Origin: a virus
Lineage: Duplodnaviria; Caudoviricetes
DNA: 26,941 bases
Reading direction: 5' to 3' (one strand)
IMG/VR virus record: IMGVR_UViG_3300020549_000029
Span: 1 to 26,941 of that record
Shown here one piece after another: positions 8,689 to 15,934 of the stretch (the stretch's first letter is position 1; each line of letters begins with the position of its first letter). Below the pieces are notes generated by a model. That model searched no databases. It saw nothing but the letters and a program-made list of their open reading frames with translations, and was not told the DNA's origin. A program made the position numbers and the translations under genes.

Positions 8689-10793
8689 CGACATACAACA
8701 GGCAAAAAACCTTAATTGTAACAAGGCATTCAACAGAAGCCGAAGCAATTCAACAGAATTTTAAACTACTCAAGGGCGAAGTATGGCGAGAAACTGATAG
8801 CACGGGATACCCTACTGGCAGAAGCAAAACCGGCGTCGATGGCCAGCTTGTCAATAACGTCATCGTTGGCACGGCGTTTGTTGATCTGCCATTTGACCCC
8901 ACCGGCCCAGGGGGGACCAGTGCCCCAACCAACCTGTCGATTACCAACAGGACGGCCACGGGCCTAGACGTTGCCTCCTCGACCGGGAACGACGCAACGG
9001 TTCCCCTGGCAACCGAAAACCTGGCAGGGCTCCAGACGCCGAGCAACCGGGCCAAGGCGGAGGGGGCGGTGCAGGAGGGTGACCCACGGCTCAGCAACGC
9101 CCGCGACTGGAGCGCTGCTACGGTTGACCAGCCCACGGCGGAGGCCGGCAGCAGCACGGCGCGGTTTGCCTACACCCCCCAGCGTGTGTTCGAGGCCATC
9201 GCTGCATGGTGGGTGGCATCAGCAGCCAAGGCCAAGCTCGACGGGATTGCCAGCAATGCCACGGCCAATGCCACAAATGAGCAGTTGCGGGATCGATCCA
9301 CCCACACAGGGACGCAGCCGGCCTCCACTATCACCGGCCTGGGTACTGCCGCCACTGCCAATACGGGAGATTTTGCCACCTCTGCCCAAGGGGTCTTGGC
9401 TGCTACGGCGGTGCAGCCTGCGGGGCTGACTTCAGCGCTAGCCGCCTACCTGACCACAGCCAGCGCAGCCAGCAGCTATCAGCCTCTCTCCGCAAACCTG
9501 ACGGCCCTGGCGGCAAACAACGCGGCCTACTACCTGGCCCGAGGCAACCACAGCGGCACGCAGGCCCTGAGCACCATCAGCGGCCTAGGAACCGGTATCG
9601 CCAATGCCCTGGCAGCGAATGCCGGCGCCGCAGGGGCCCCCGTGCTGTTTGACGGGGCAGGGGGCACACCCTCCAGCCTGGGCCTGGTGAACGCCACTGG
9701 GCTCCCCCTGGCGACCGGGGTGTCTGGGCTGCTGTCGATCGCCAATGGCGGCACGGGAACGGCCACCCCTGGGCTGGTGGCAGGCACACACGTGACCATT
9801 ACCGGCACCTGGCCCAACCAAACAATCAGCGTCCAGGGCAACCACGGCGGCGAGGCCGGCACAGTCACCAGTGTTGGGCTGAGCCTGCCGTCCCAGTTCA
9901 CAGTTACCGGATCGCCCGTCACCACGACCGGGACCCTGACTGCCACGTTGGCGGCCCAGTCTGCAAACCTGGTATGGGCCGGCCCTGCGACCGGTGCAGC
10001 AGCAGCCCCAGCGTTTCGATCTCTGGTGGCTAGCGATATTCCGACGATTCCGGCGGGCCAGGTTTCGGGCCTAGCTGCGGTGGCCACATCTGGTGGCACA
10101 GGCGACCTTACGGAAACCGGAGGCAACCAATTCTTCACCGCTGCCCGAGCAATCGCCTCTGCCCTGGCCGGCTTCACTGCAGGCGCCGGCACGGTCAGCG
10201 AATCGGACACGATCCTGCAGGCATTACAGAAGGTGGTTGGCAACCTCGCCAACCGGGCGTTGGCGGGGCTGATCGGCTCCAGTGGTTTGACCATGGCCAC
10301 CAACCGCCTTGCTGGCCGCAGCACGGCTGGGGATGGGGCGGTGGAGGAGATCAGCACATCCGGCGGCCTGGTGCTCGTCGGCGGTGTTCTGGTGCCTGGC
10401 GAGATTGTCAAGCTGGTGGTTTCTGATATAGGGCAAACCGGGATAACAACCGGTAACTTCAAAAGTGAAGCTCGAATAGATCGAGCCTTTGTGGTTGTTG
10501 GTGTGTGGTGGAACTGTCACCCTACAGCAATGGGCAGCGCAGCCACCAGCGATGCGCGGCCCTACATCCGCACGGGTGCCGGCACTACATCTGTCGGTAC
10601 AAAAACAAACCTGCTTACCACCACCAACAACGTCGCCTCCTTGGCAGCTTCAGTCCACACAATAGATGTAACTTCAAGCATCAGCGGCGGCACCTATTCC
10701 GGTTCCGCTGGTGACTGGCTTGGGGTTGATTTGATGTCTCTAGGGACCGGATCATCTGGCCACATGCTCACCTACGTCCTTCGCTATTCCTGA
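8685..10793 (+). CDS. Long fibre protein (Ala/Gly/Thr-rich), N-terminus resembling the Mtd/hyaluronidase N-terminal anchor domain
   Basis: LLKGEVWRETDSTG...KTG at the N-terminus; fibre motifs RSTHTGTQ/RGNHSGTQ, SIANGGTG, GTVTSVGLS, PAFRSLVASDIP; distinct C-terminal beta domain. Confidence 0.75.
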   Translation: MTTYNRQKTLIVTRHSTEAEAIQQNFKLLKGEVWRETDSTGYPTGRSKTGVDGQLVNNVIVGTAFVDLPFDPTGPGGTSAPTNLSITNRTATGLDVASSTGNDATVPLATENLAGLQTPSNRAKAEGAVQEGDPRLSNARDWSAATVDQPTAEAGSSTARFAYTPQRVFEAIAAWWVASAAKAKLDGIASNATANATNEQLRDRSTHTGTQPASTITGLGTAATANTGDFATSAQGVLAATAVQPAGLTSALAAYLTTASAASSYQPLSANLTALAANNAAYYLARGNHSGTQALSTISGLGTGIANALAANAGAAGAPVLFDGAGGTPSSLGLVNATGLPLATGVSGLLSIANGGTGTATPGLVAGTHVTITGTWPNQTISVQGNHGGEAGTVTSVGLSLPSQFTVTGSPVTTTGTLTATLAAQSANLVWAGPATGAAAAPAFRSLVASDIPTIPAGQVSGLAAVATSGGTGDLTETGGNQFFTAARAIASALAGFTAGAGTVSESDTILQALQKVVGNLANRALAGLIGSSGLTMATNRLAGRSTAGDGAVEEISTSGGLVLVGGVLVPGEIVKLVVSDIGQTGITTGNFKSEARIDRAFVVVGVWWNCHPTAMGSAATSDARPYIRTGAGTTSVGTKTNLLTTTNNVASLAASVHTIDVTSSISGGTYSGSAGDWLGVDLMSLGTGSSGHMLTYVLRYS

Positions 10794-10795
10794 TC

Positions 10796-11488
10796 ATGGC
10801 TATCGTCACCAACCCCATTACCGGCGTCGAATACAACGACATCACCTCAGACAGCATCAAGAAGTATGTTGCTGTAGAGCCTGGCGGAATTGTTCGCAAC
10901 CCAAGCGGCGGTCCCTGGCCTTATGGCGACGGAATTCCGCATACTCAGCCTTACGACTATTTTGAGCTGGTACCGTTCGAGTCGGTGCCTTACGATCCCG
11001 AGCTTTTCGTAGTTGACAGCGAGAACAGCGGCTGGGGGTTGCACCCTGCCCGCAATGGTCAGGGCGAGTTTATAGCCGTGCCTGATGGCCATCCTAAGGG
11101 AAAATACAAATACACCGAAACCCTTCGCCGCCGCAGCGTGGCCGAACTAAAGGAGACAGTAGAAAGATACTGCACAGACTTTAACCAAGCAATAATGAAT
11201 AAGCGGCCTCAAGATGCCTGGTATCAAGAAAGACTAGCAATGGCCAAAGAGGAAATCGCCAAAGGCAATACCCAGGATTATTTTGTTCAAGCGGTAGAGC
11301 AGGACAGTATTTTGGCCGGCAAACTCCGCACTGCGTGTCGTCACAACGACGATCGCATGGCCTTCCTTTTTGACGAAATCAGCAAGGCGGGTGAAACGGG
11401 CGTGATTGATTTTGTACTAAGTCAGATGGCTACAACTGGACCTGACGGCCAACAACTCTCAGGCTGGGTCAATGGTATCCCGGAATGA
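10796..11488 (+). CDS. Hypothetical protein, possibly fibre assembly/chaperone
   Basis: 230-aa ORF 2 nt after the fibre gene in the same operon; function inferred from position only. Confidence 0.6.
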   Translation: MAIVTNPITGVEYNDITSDSIKKYVAVEPGGIVRNPSGGPWPYGDGIPHTQPYDYFELVPFESVPYDPELFVVDSENSGWGLHPARNGQGEFIAVPDGHPKGKYKYTETLRRRSVAELKETVERYCTDFNQAIMNKRPQDAWYQERLAMAKEEIAKGNTQDYFVQAVEQDSILAGKLRTACRHNDDRMAFLFDEISKAGETGVIDFVLSQMATTGPDGQQLSGWVNGIPE

Positions 11489-11559
11489 TGCGCCACATCT
11501 CCCGCCCTACTGGGCCCGTCCTGCTGCTGGCAAGCCGGATCGGGAGGTGCAGCCAGTGA
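11488..11559 (+). CDS. Possible 23-aa mini-ORF (MRHISRPTGPVLLLASRIGRCSQ)
   Basis: Starts at the TGATG overlap with the upstream stop and ends in a GTGA overlap with the likely GTG start of the next gene. Confidence 0.3.
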   Translation: MRHISRPTGPVLLLASRIGRCSQ

Positions 11560-12383
11560 TTTATTTGGGGCGGAGGAGGCCCCCCGCCGCCAGCGGAGGC
11601 GTTATCGCCACTGGCGGCACAGAAACCGTCGTAAACATTGGCGGCATAAATTACAGGGTCCATATCTTTACTTCAACCGGCACGTTGAATGTAACCACTG
11701 GCGGACTTGTTGAGTATTTGATTATCGCTGGAGGTGGTGTTGGTGGTTTCGGTGGCGGCGGGGCTGCTGGCGGTGGCGGTGGCGGCGGCTACCGATGTTC
11801 GGTCGTAGGGGAATCCAGCGGCGGCGGTGCCCCCGCAGAGCCACGGCTCACGCTGACGGCGCTGGCTTATTCTGTAGTGGTCGGACTTAGTGGGCAAAAT
11901 TCGTCTTTTGCAGGGATTGTATCGATTGGTGGTGGCAGTGGCTCTCGAAATTCCCCTGGTTCTGGCGGATCGGGCGGCGGGCGCTCATTTACATCTCCCG
12001 GCGCCGCTGGAACAACCGGACAAGGCTTCGCAGGCGGCGGCGACTCAACTGGCGATTGGGCGGCTGGAGGTGGTGGAGGCGCTGGAGGCCCTGGGCAAAA
12101 CTCAACTGGCTCAACAACAGCGGCCATTGGTGGCGCGGGTGGCTTAGGGGTCACAAGCTCAATCACTGGCACTGCCGTAGCCCGTGGCGGTGGCGGTGGC
12201 GGTGGCGACTACGCCACCCCCGGTGGCGGCGGGACGGCAACGGCTGGCGGAGGCGCAGGGGGCGTGAATGCAAGTGGCTCACCCGGCACCCCCAACACGG
12301 GCGGCGGCGGGGGTGGGGGTGGCAACGCTGGCGGTGGGGGTGCTGGCGGATCCGGCATCGTCATCATCCGGTATCCGATTTAA
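11556..12383 (+). CDS. Glycine-rich domain virion protein (polyglycine-II type, putative receptor-binding/fibre tip)
   Basis: ATGG...YRVHIFTSTGTL, VEYLIIAGGG.GG, many GGGGG runs, ends GGAGGSGIVIIRY. GTG 11556 is preceded by GGAGG; the ORF is open from 11472. Confidence 0.8.
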   Translation: MIYLGRRRPPAASGGVIATGGTETVVNIGGINYRVHIFTSTGTLNVTTGGLVEYLIIAGGGVGGFGGGGAAGGGGGGGYRCSVVGESSGGGAPAEPRLTLTALAYSVVVGLSGQNSSFAGIVSIGGGSGSRNSPGSGGSGGGRSFTSPGAAGTTGQGFAGGGDSTGDWAAGGGGGAGGPGQNSTGSTTAAIGGAGGLGVTSSITGTAVARGGGGGGGDYATPGGGGTATAGGGAGGVNASGSPGTPNTGGGGGGGGNAGGGGAGGSGIVIIRYPI

Positions 12384-12667
12384 CCCACCATGGGCCAGGC
12401 CGACTCAGTCTATAATCAAACCGCAACAACAACAGCCTGGCGGAAATTGCGATTTTGCCTGGCGCCTGGCAAATGGCCGACATATTTAGGTTTGAGGGTT
12501 ACATGACTCACGCTGCTTTAATGTCAAATGTTCTCCCAGCTAACCATCTCTACAAAACAGCCCCTCCGACCATTTAGCCCGCCATGCTTTCTACCAGCCA
12601 ATCAATCTGATCAAGCTTTTGCGATTGTTAAAGCAGCGCCAACCTCATAACATGCCCTTAGACAGGC

Positions 12668-12673
12668 TATAAT
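12668..12673 (+). promoter_or_regulatory. Putative -10 box (TATAAT) upstream of the membrane-protein/tail operon
   Basis: Perfect TATAAT 27 nt before ATG 12701; a second TATAAT lies at 12411-12416 in the same intergenic region. Confidence 0.4.
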
Positions 12674-12700
12674 CGCCATAACTCCGCCCAGTGCCTAGCC

Positions 12701-12823
12701 ATGGACCTATGGGATGTTGGCGCCATGACGGCGTTGCATTTTGTTTTGTTTCCAGTAGCACTAGGCGTCCTGGCTGAGATTCCCGCGCTGCGTCGCTGGA
12801 TGCGCGGGAGGTTGGAGCCGTGA
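12701..12823 (+). CDS. Small 40-aa membrane protein (not in the ORF track)
   Basis: MDLWDVGAMTALHFVLFPVALGVLAEIPALRRWMRGRLEP: one hydrophobic stretch and a basic tail; stop overlaps the next GTG start (GTGA). Confidence 0.6.
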   Translation: MDLWDVGAMTALHFVLFPVALGVLAEIPALRRWMRGRLEP

Positions 12824-13314
12824 ACGAAGAGCGGCATGACACAGCCCAGCAGATCCCGCTGAGCGATGTAAGCGGCTTGATAGTTATACTAAAAGACGCT
12901 TGCCAAGAATTTAGGGAAGTAAGAAAGCAGCTTGTGGAAGTCACGTCTATAAAATATGATTTACAAAGCGTACGAGAAAGTCAAAGTCGCATGGAGTTGG
13001 CTGTGTCAGTCATTAAACAAGAACACGCAGATTCAAGAAAGGAACATGCCGACGGATTAAAGGAGCATGACCTAGAGATTCTTGCGCTTCAGAAAGATGT
13101 AGGCGCTTGTCAAGAGACTAACAAGGCACTCCTAACTGCCGTTAAAGGTTTGCAGGATAACATGAGCGGCATATTTATTAAAATGGCTTTTTGTAGTGGC
13201 GGGGCGTTGCTGGCTGGCTGGCTGATAATGCAATTAATCGCCATTTGGGATAAAATGCCTCACCCCAAAACCGCCAGCCTGATACCTATGACCACGCCGA
13301 GGGAACGGAGATGA
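12820..13314 (+). CDS. Coiled-coil protein with C-terminal transmembrane segment (possible lysis-associated)
   Basis: Heptad-like region with EHAD repeats, then GIFIKMAFCSGGALLAGWLIMQLIAIW; coupled at both ends. Confidence 0.6.
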   Translation: MNEERHDTAQQIPLSDVSGLIVILKDACQEFREVRKQLVEVTSIKYDLQSVRESQSRMELAVSVIKQEHADSRKEHADGLKEHDLEILALQKDVGACQETNKALLTAVKGLQDNMSGIFIKMAFCSGGALLAGWLIMQLIAIWDKMPHPKTASLIPMTTPRERR

Positions 13315-13562
13315 ACGCCAGAGATTCCATTACCGCAGCCATTGCCCTTTGCCTGTTTTCGTCTCCTGCGATCGGCATCGGCGGGGCCTTCCACATCTGC
13401 CAGCGGCGTTCTACCGATTGCCTGAACGGGTGGACAGCTGCTGGCTCTGGAGCCCTGGCTGCGGCCGGCTTGGGTGCTGCCATCCTGGCGAAGCTGGACG
13501 ATCCGCAGGCTGAAACCTTGCGGCCCACCGAACCCCAGCAGGACCGCACCCCCAACCCATGA
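13311..13562 (+). CDS. Small two-TM membrane protein (holin-like candidate)
   Basis: 83 aa, two hydrophobic segments flanking a CQRRSTDC loop, polar C-terminus; ATGA overlaps at both ends. Confidence 0.55.
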   Translation: MNARDSITAAIALCLFSSPAIGIGGAFHICQRRSTDCLNGWTAAGSGALAAAGLGAAILAKLDDPQAETLRPTEPQQDRTPNP

Positions 13563-14035
13563 CCCTCCCCATCGACGCCCAGATCATGGACGCCCTGGCT
13601 AATCTGCTGCAGGGCGCAGCGGCCACCGAGGACCGGAGCGATATTCCTGGGGTCGTTGCTTTGTTCCTGGATGCAGCCAGGGTGGCATCTGAGCCCGATG
13701 GCGTGGTGATCAAGCTGGATCAGGAAGGGGAAGCCCTCGACAAGGTTTTGAGCGCTTGCCGGGTGGTCTCAACCCTTCCGGTTGTCATCACCATCACCAA
13801 GACCCGAAAGCCAGGGGAGCCCCCAAAGTGGCGAATCCTGGGCCCGTTTTGCGCGGCGGTCCATGCACGCATCATGGCCGGGAGGCGAGACTTGGGGGGG
13901 CTGTGCATTGACATCGAATCCCGTGGCCGGATCCATGAGCTCAACCTGCAAGCGTGCGAGGTCAGAATGATTTACACTGTGACCTATTACACGGCCATCT
14001 CCAACATCACATTGCATGAAGAAGGCAACGTTTGA
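13559..14035 (+). CDS. Putative tail terminator/completion protein (gpU-like)
   Basis: QIMDALANLL N-terminal helix, AVHARIMA.RDLGGLCIDI, YTVTYYT; position before the tail tube. Confidence 0.65.
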   Translation: MTLPIDAQIMDALANLLQGAAATEDRSDIPGVVALFLDAARVASEPDGVVIKLDQEGEALDKVLSACRVVSTLPVVITITKTRKPGEPPKWRILGPFCAAVHARIMAGRRDLGGLCIDIESRGRIHELNLQACEVRMIYTVTYYTAISNITLHEEGNV

Positions 14036-14252
14036 GCAGCCCCCTACACCGCCGTTGCCTTCTGGCCCTGGCGCCTATCTGCTCACCAACAACGAGTGGA
14101 TCCTCGAATCCGTAACCCAACCCCCCACAGCCGATGGCCCGCAACAAGTCTCAGTTTCTGATGGCAGCATTGGAGACGACCTACGCAACGTCAGCAGCCC
14201 CGACGGGGGTGAACGCGATCCGGGTCAGGGACCCGAAGTTGACCGCCCTTGA
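14016..14252 (+). CDS. Small hypothetical protein overlapping the tail tube gene start
   Basis: Only ORF spanning the 14036-14133 gap; LPSGPGAYLLTNNEWILES core resembles short ORFs I recall before tail tube genes in related phages (not verified). Confidence 0.45.
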   Translation: MKKATFEQPPTPPLPSGPGAYLLTNNEWILESVTQPPTADGPQQVSVSDGSIGDDLRNVSSPDGGERDPGQGPEVDRP

Positions 14253-15072
14253 CGCCACTGCTATTGCTCGCCCCAGCTTAGACGGGCAGTTTGGCGAGGC
14301 ATTGCCGGACGTGATGGCCGAGCTGAAAAACGGCGTTGCGTTTGACGTTGAGGCCGTCGGCTCTGGCACCGCTGGCACGCCCCCCGCCTACGGGATCTTC
14401 CTGCGTGCAGCAGGGATGAACCTGGCAACGGTTGCCACCACCAGTAACACCTACTCATTCGTGACGGGCGGGGCTGATTCTCTGACCTTTTACCACGATT
14501 GGGACGGCAACAAGCACCTAGGGATAGGTGCCCGAACCAAGAGCTGGGAGCTGAAGATGCAGGCCGGCGAGGTGCCGCTGTTTTCGTTTGAAGTGCCTGG
14601 CATTTATGTGCCTCCGGTCGATGCGGCATCCTTAACGCCAACTTATAGTGCTATGGCCGCTCCCGTAGCTTGCAATTCTGTCAATACGCCAACGTTTAGC
14701 CTTCATGGTTATAGCTGTTGCATTATTGATTTTTCGCTGAAATGTGATAACACTTTAGAATTTTATGATCGAATGGGCTGCGCTCCTAATTTTCAGATCG
14801 TGGATCGTGTAATCACAGGATCCCTTAAGCTGCAAAGGCCGGATCTGCTAAGCGGCAAGGATTTCTACGCGATAGCAGTAGCTTCTACCAATGGTGCGCT
14901 CAACTTCACCCATAACACGGTGGTGGGCAATCGCATGGTCGTCAACCTGCCCAAGGTTCAACTGGGCGCCCCCGCACCCGACGATGATGCCGGCATCGCA
15001 GCGCTGACCATTCCGTTTACGGTGCGGCGCACTGAAGGCCTCAGCGACTCCGGCACGCTGGCGTTTACTTGA
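14134..15072 (+). CDS. Major tail tube protein
   Basis: 312 aa; ETTYATSAAPTG.NAI, GSGTAGTPPAYG.FLRAAG, GARTKSWEL...GEVP, GNRMVVNLPKVQL; immediately upstream of chaperones and tape measure. Confidence 0.85.
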   Translation: MARNKSQFLMAALETTYATSAAPTGVNAIRVRDPKLTALDATAIARPSLDGQFGEALPDVMAELKNGVAFDVEAVGSGTAGTPPAYGIFLRAAGMNLATVATTSNTYSFVTGGADSLTFYHDWDGNKHLGIGARTKSWELKMQAGEVPLFSFEVPGIYVPPVDAASLTPTYSAMAAPVACNSVNTPTFSLHGYSCCIIDFSLKCDNTLEFYDRMGCAPNFQIVDRVITGSLKLQRPDLLSGKDFYAIAVASTNGALNFTHNTVVGNRMVVNLPKVQLGAPAPDDDAGIAALTIPFTVRRTEGLSDSGTLAFT

Positions 15073-15119
15073 TACTGATCAAGCCGCCAGTTTTAATCTT
15101 TCACCCCTGATCTTCTCTC

Positions 15120-15575
15120 ATGGCTTTCAACATTGACAGAGCTGGCACCACCTTTACAGGCAAGGTGGAGTTTAGCTACCCGATTGGAGACGGAAAGCAA
15201 GAACATGGATCATTTACGGCAATCTTTGAAAGAGGCCAGCAAACCGAGATTGAAAATATGCGCGAAGAATTTCGCTCCTACATTGCAATCATTAAAGCGA
15301 TTGAGCTTGGCAACCTGGAGCCGTCTGCTGCTGATGGACTGGAAAGGAAAAGCCTTCTTCCAATCGCTGACAAGATTCTTGTTGGCTGGGGGGAAGACAT
15401 GCTTGGCGGCGATAATGATGAGCCAATGTCTTTCACTGCTGAAAACAAGAAAAAAGTAATCGAATTTCCTGGGGTAGCCAATGCGCTTGTTTCCGCATGG
15501 AACACACTAACGGATCCTGAAGTGGGAAAGCCGCCAACCTCAGGGAAATCGCGAGGGAATGGCATCGGCAAATGA
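15120..15575 (+). CDS. Tail assembly chaperone (gpG equivalent)
   Basis: Between tube and tape measure; ILVGW...EPMSFT.EN motif; ends near slippery G-K codons. Confidence 0.8.
   Translation: MAFNIDRAGTTFTGKVEFSYPIGDGKQEHGSFTAIFERGQQTEIENMREEFRSYIAIIKAIELGNLEPSAADGLERKSLLPIADKILVGWGEDMLGGDNDEPMSFTAENKKKVIEFPGVANALVSAWNTLTDPEVGKPPTSGKSRGNGIGK
15524..15530 (+). promoter_or_regulatory. Programmed -1 ribosomal frameshift site GGGAAAG
   Basis: G GGA AAG in correct X XXY YYZ register; the -1 frame is open (GKAANLREIAREWHRQMTT...) into ORF 15572-15934; same heptamer as lambda G/GT. Confidence 0.88.
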
Positions 15576-15934
15576 CCACTGTCAGCCGCGTTGAATCCCA
15601 GGCCCAGGAGAACGCCAGGCTGGCGCAAGAAGCGAAAAGGCTGGGGATCGTTGGGTTTGTGCCTGATGAGACCCCAGAACCTACTGAGCCCACCTGCTGG
15701 ATATGGCCCGAAAACTGGGAAGCCTTTCTGCTCTGGTGCCAGGTGCAAACCCAATGGCAGTGGGCCACCGAGTACACCCCAGAGTGGCAGCCGTACCGGG
15801 TGCGCACCGGGCTCAACTATCCGGCGGTTATCGCCCTGGCGGGCCTGCGGCGTGGCCGTGGTGCGGTTGCTGCGCTGATGGATGATCTGCGCGTCATCGA
15901 GCTGGAACTGTTGACACTGCTGAGGGGTTCCTGA
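15572..15934 (+). CDS. Tail chaperone C-terminal part (gpT equivalent, DUF1799-like), probably expressed as a frameshift fusion
   Basis: IWPENWEAF..W..VQTQW...GLNYPAV...DDLRVIE motif; in the -1 frame of the upstream chaperone. Confidence 0.82.
   Translation: MTTVSRVESQAQENARLAQEAKRLGIVGFVPDETPEPTEPTCWIWPENWEAFLLWCQVQTQWQWATEYTPEWQPYRVRTGLNYPAVIALAGLRRGRGAVAALMDDLRVIELELLTLLRGS

Noticed and set aside
9530-10462. 310-aa minus-strand ORF and the many other antisense or alternate-frame ORFs in the track
   Set aside because: Shadows of GC-rich, Ala/Gly/Thr-biased real genes, with no recognisable motifs.
8685-10793. Diversity-generating retroelement suggested by the Mtd-like N-terminus
   Set aside because: No reverse transcriptase and no template/variable repeat pair differing at adenines was seen in the window; the resemblance is only to the anchor domain.
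11740-12350. GGC/GGT runs as independent tandem repeats or G-quadruplex elements
   Set aside because: Fully explained by glycine codons of the glycine-rich domain.
15543-15549. Second slippery-like heptamer GGGAAAT
   Set aside because: Not in X XXY YYZ register for the chaperone reading frame.
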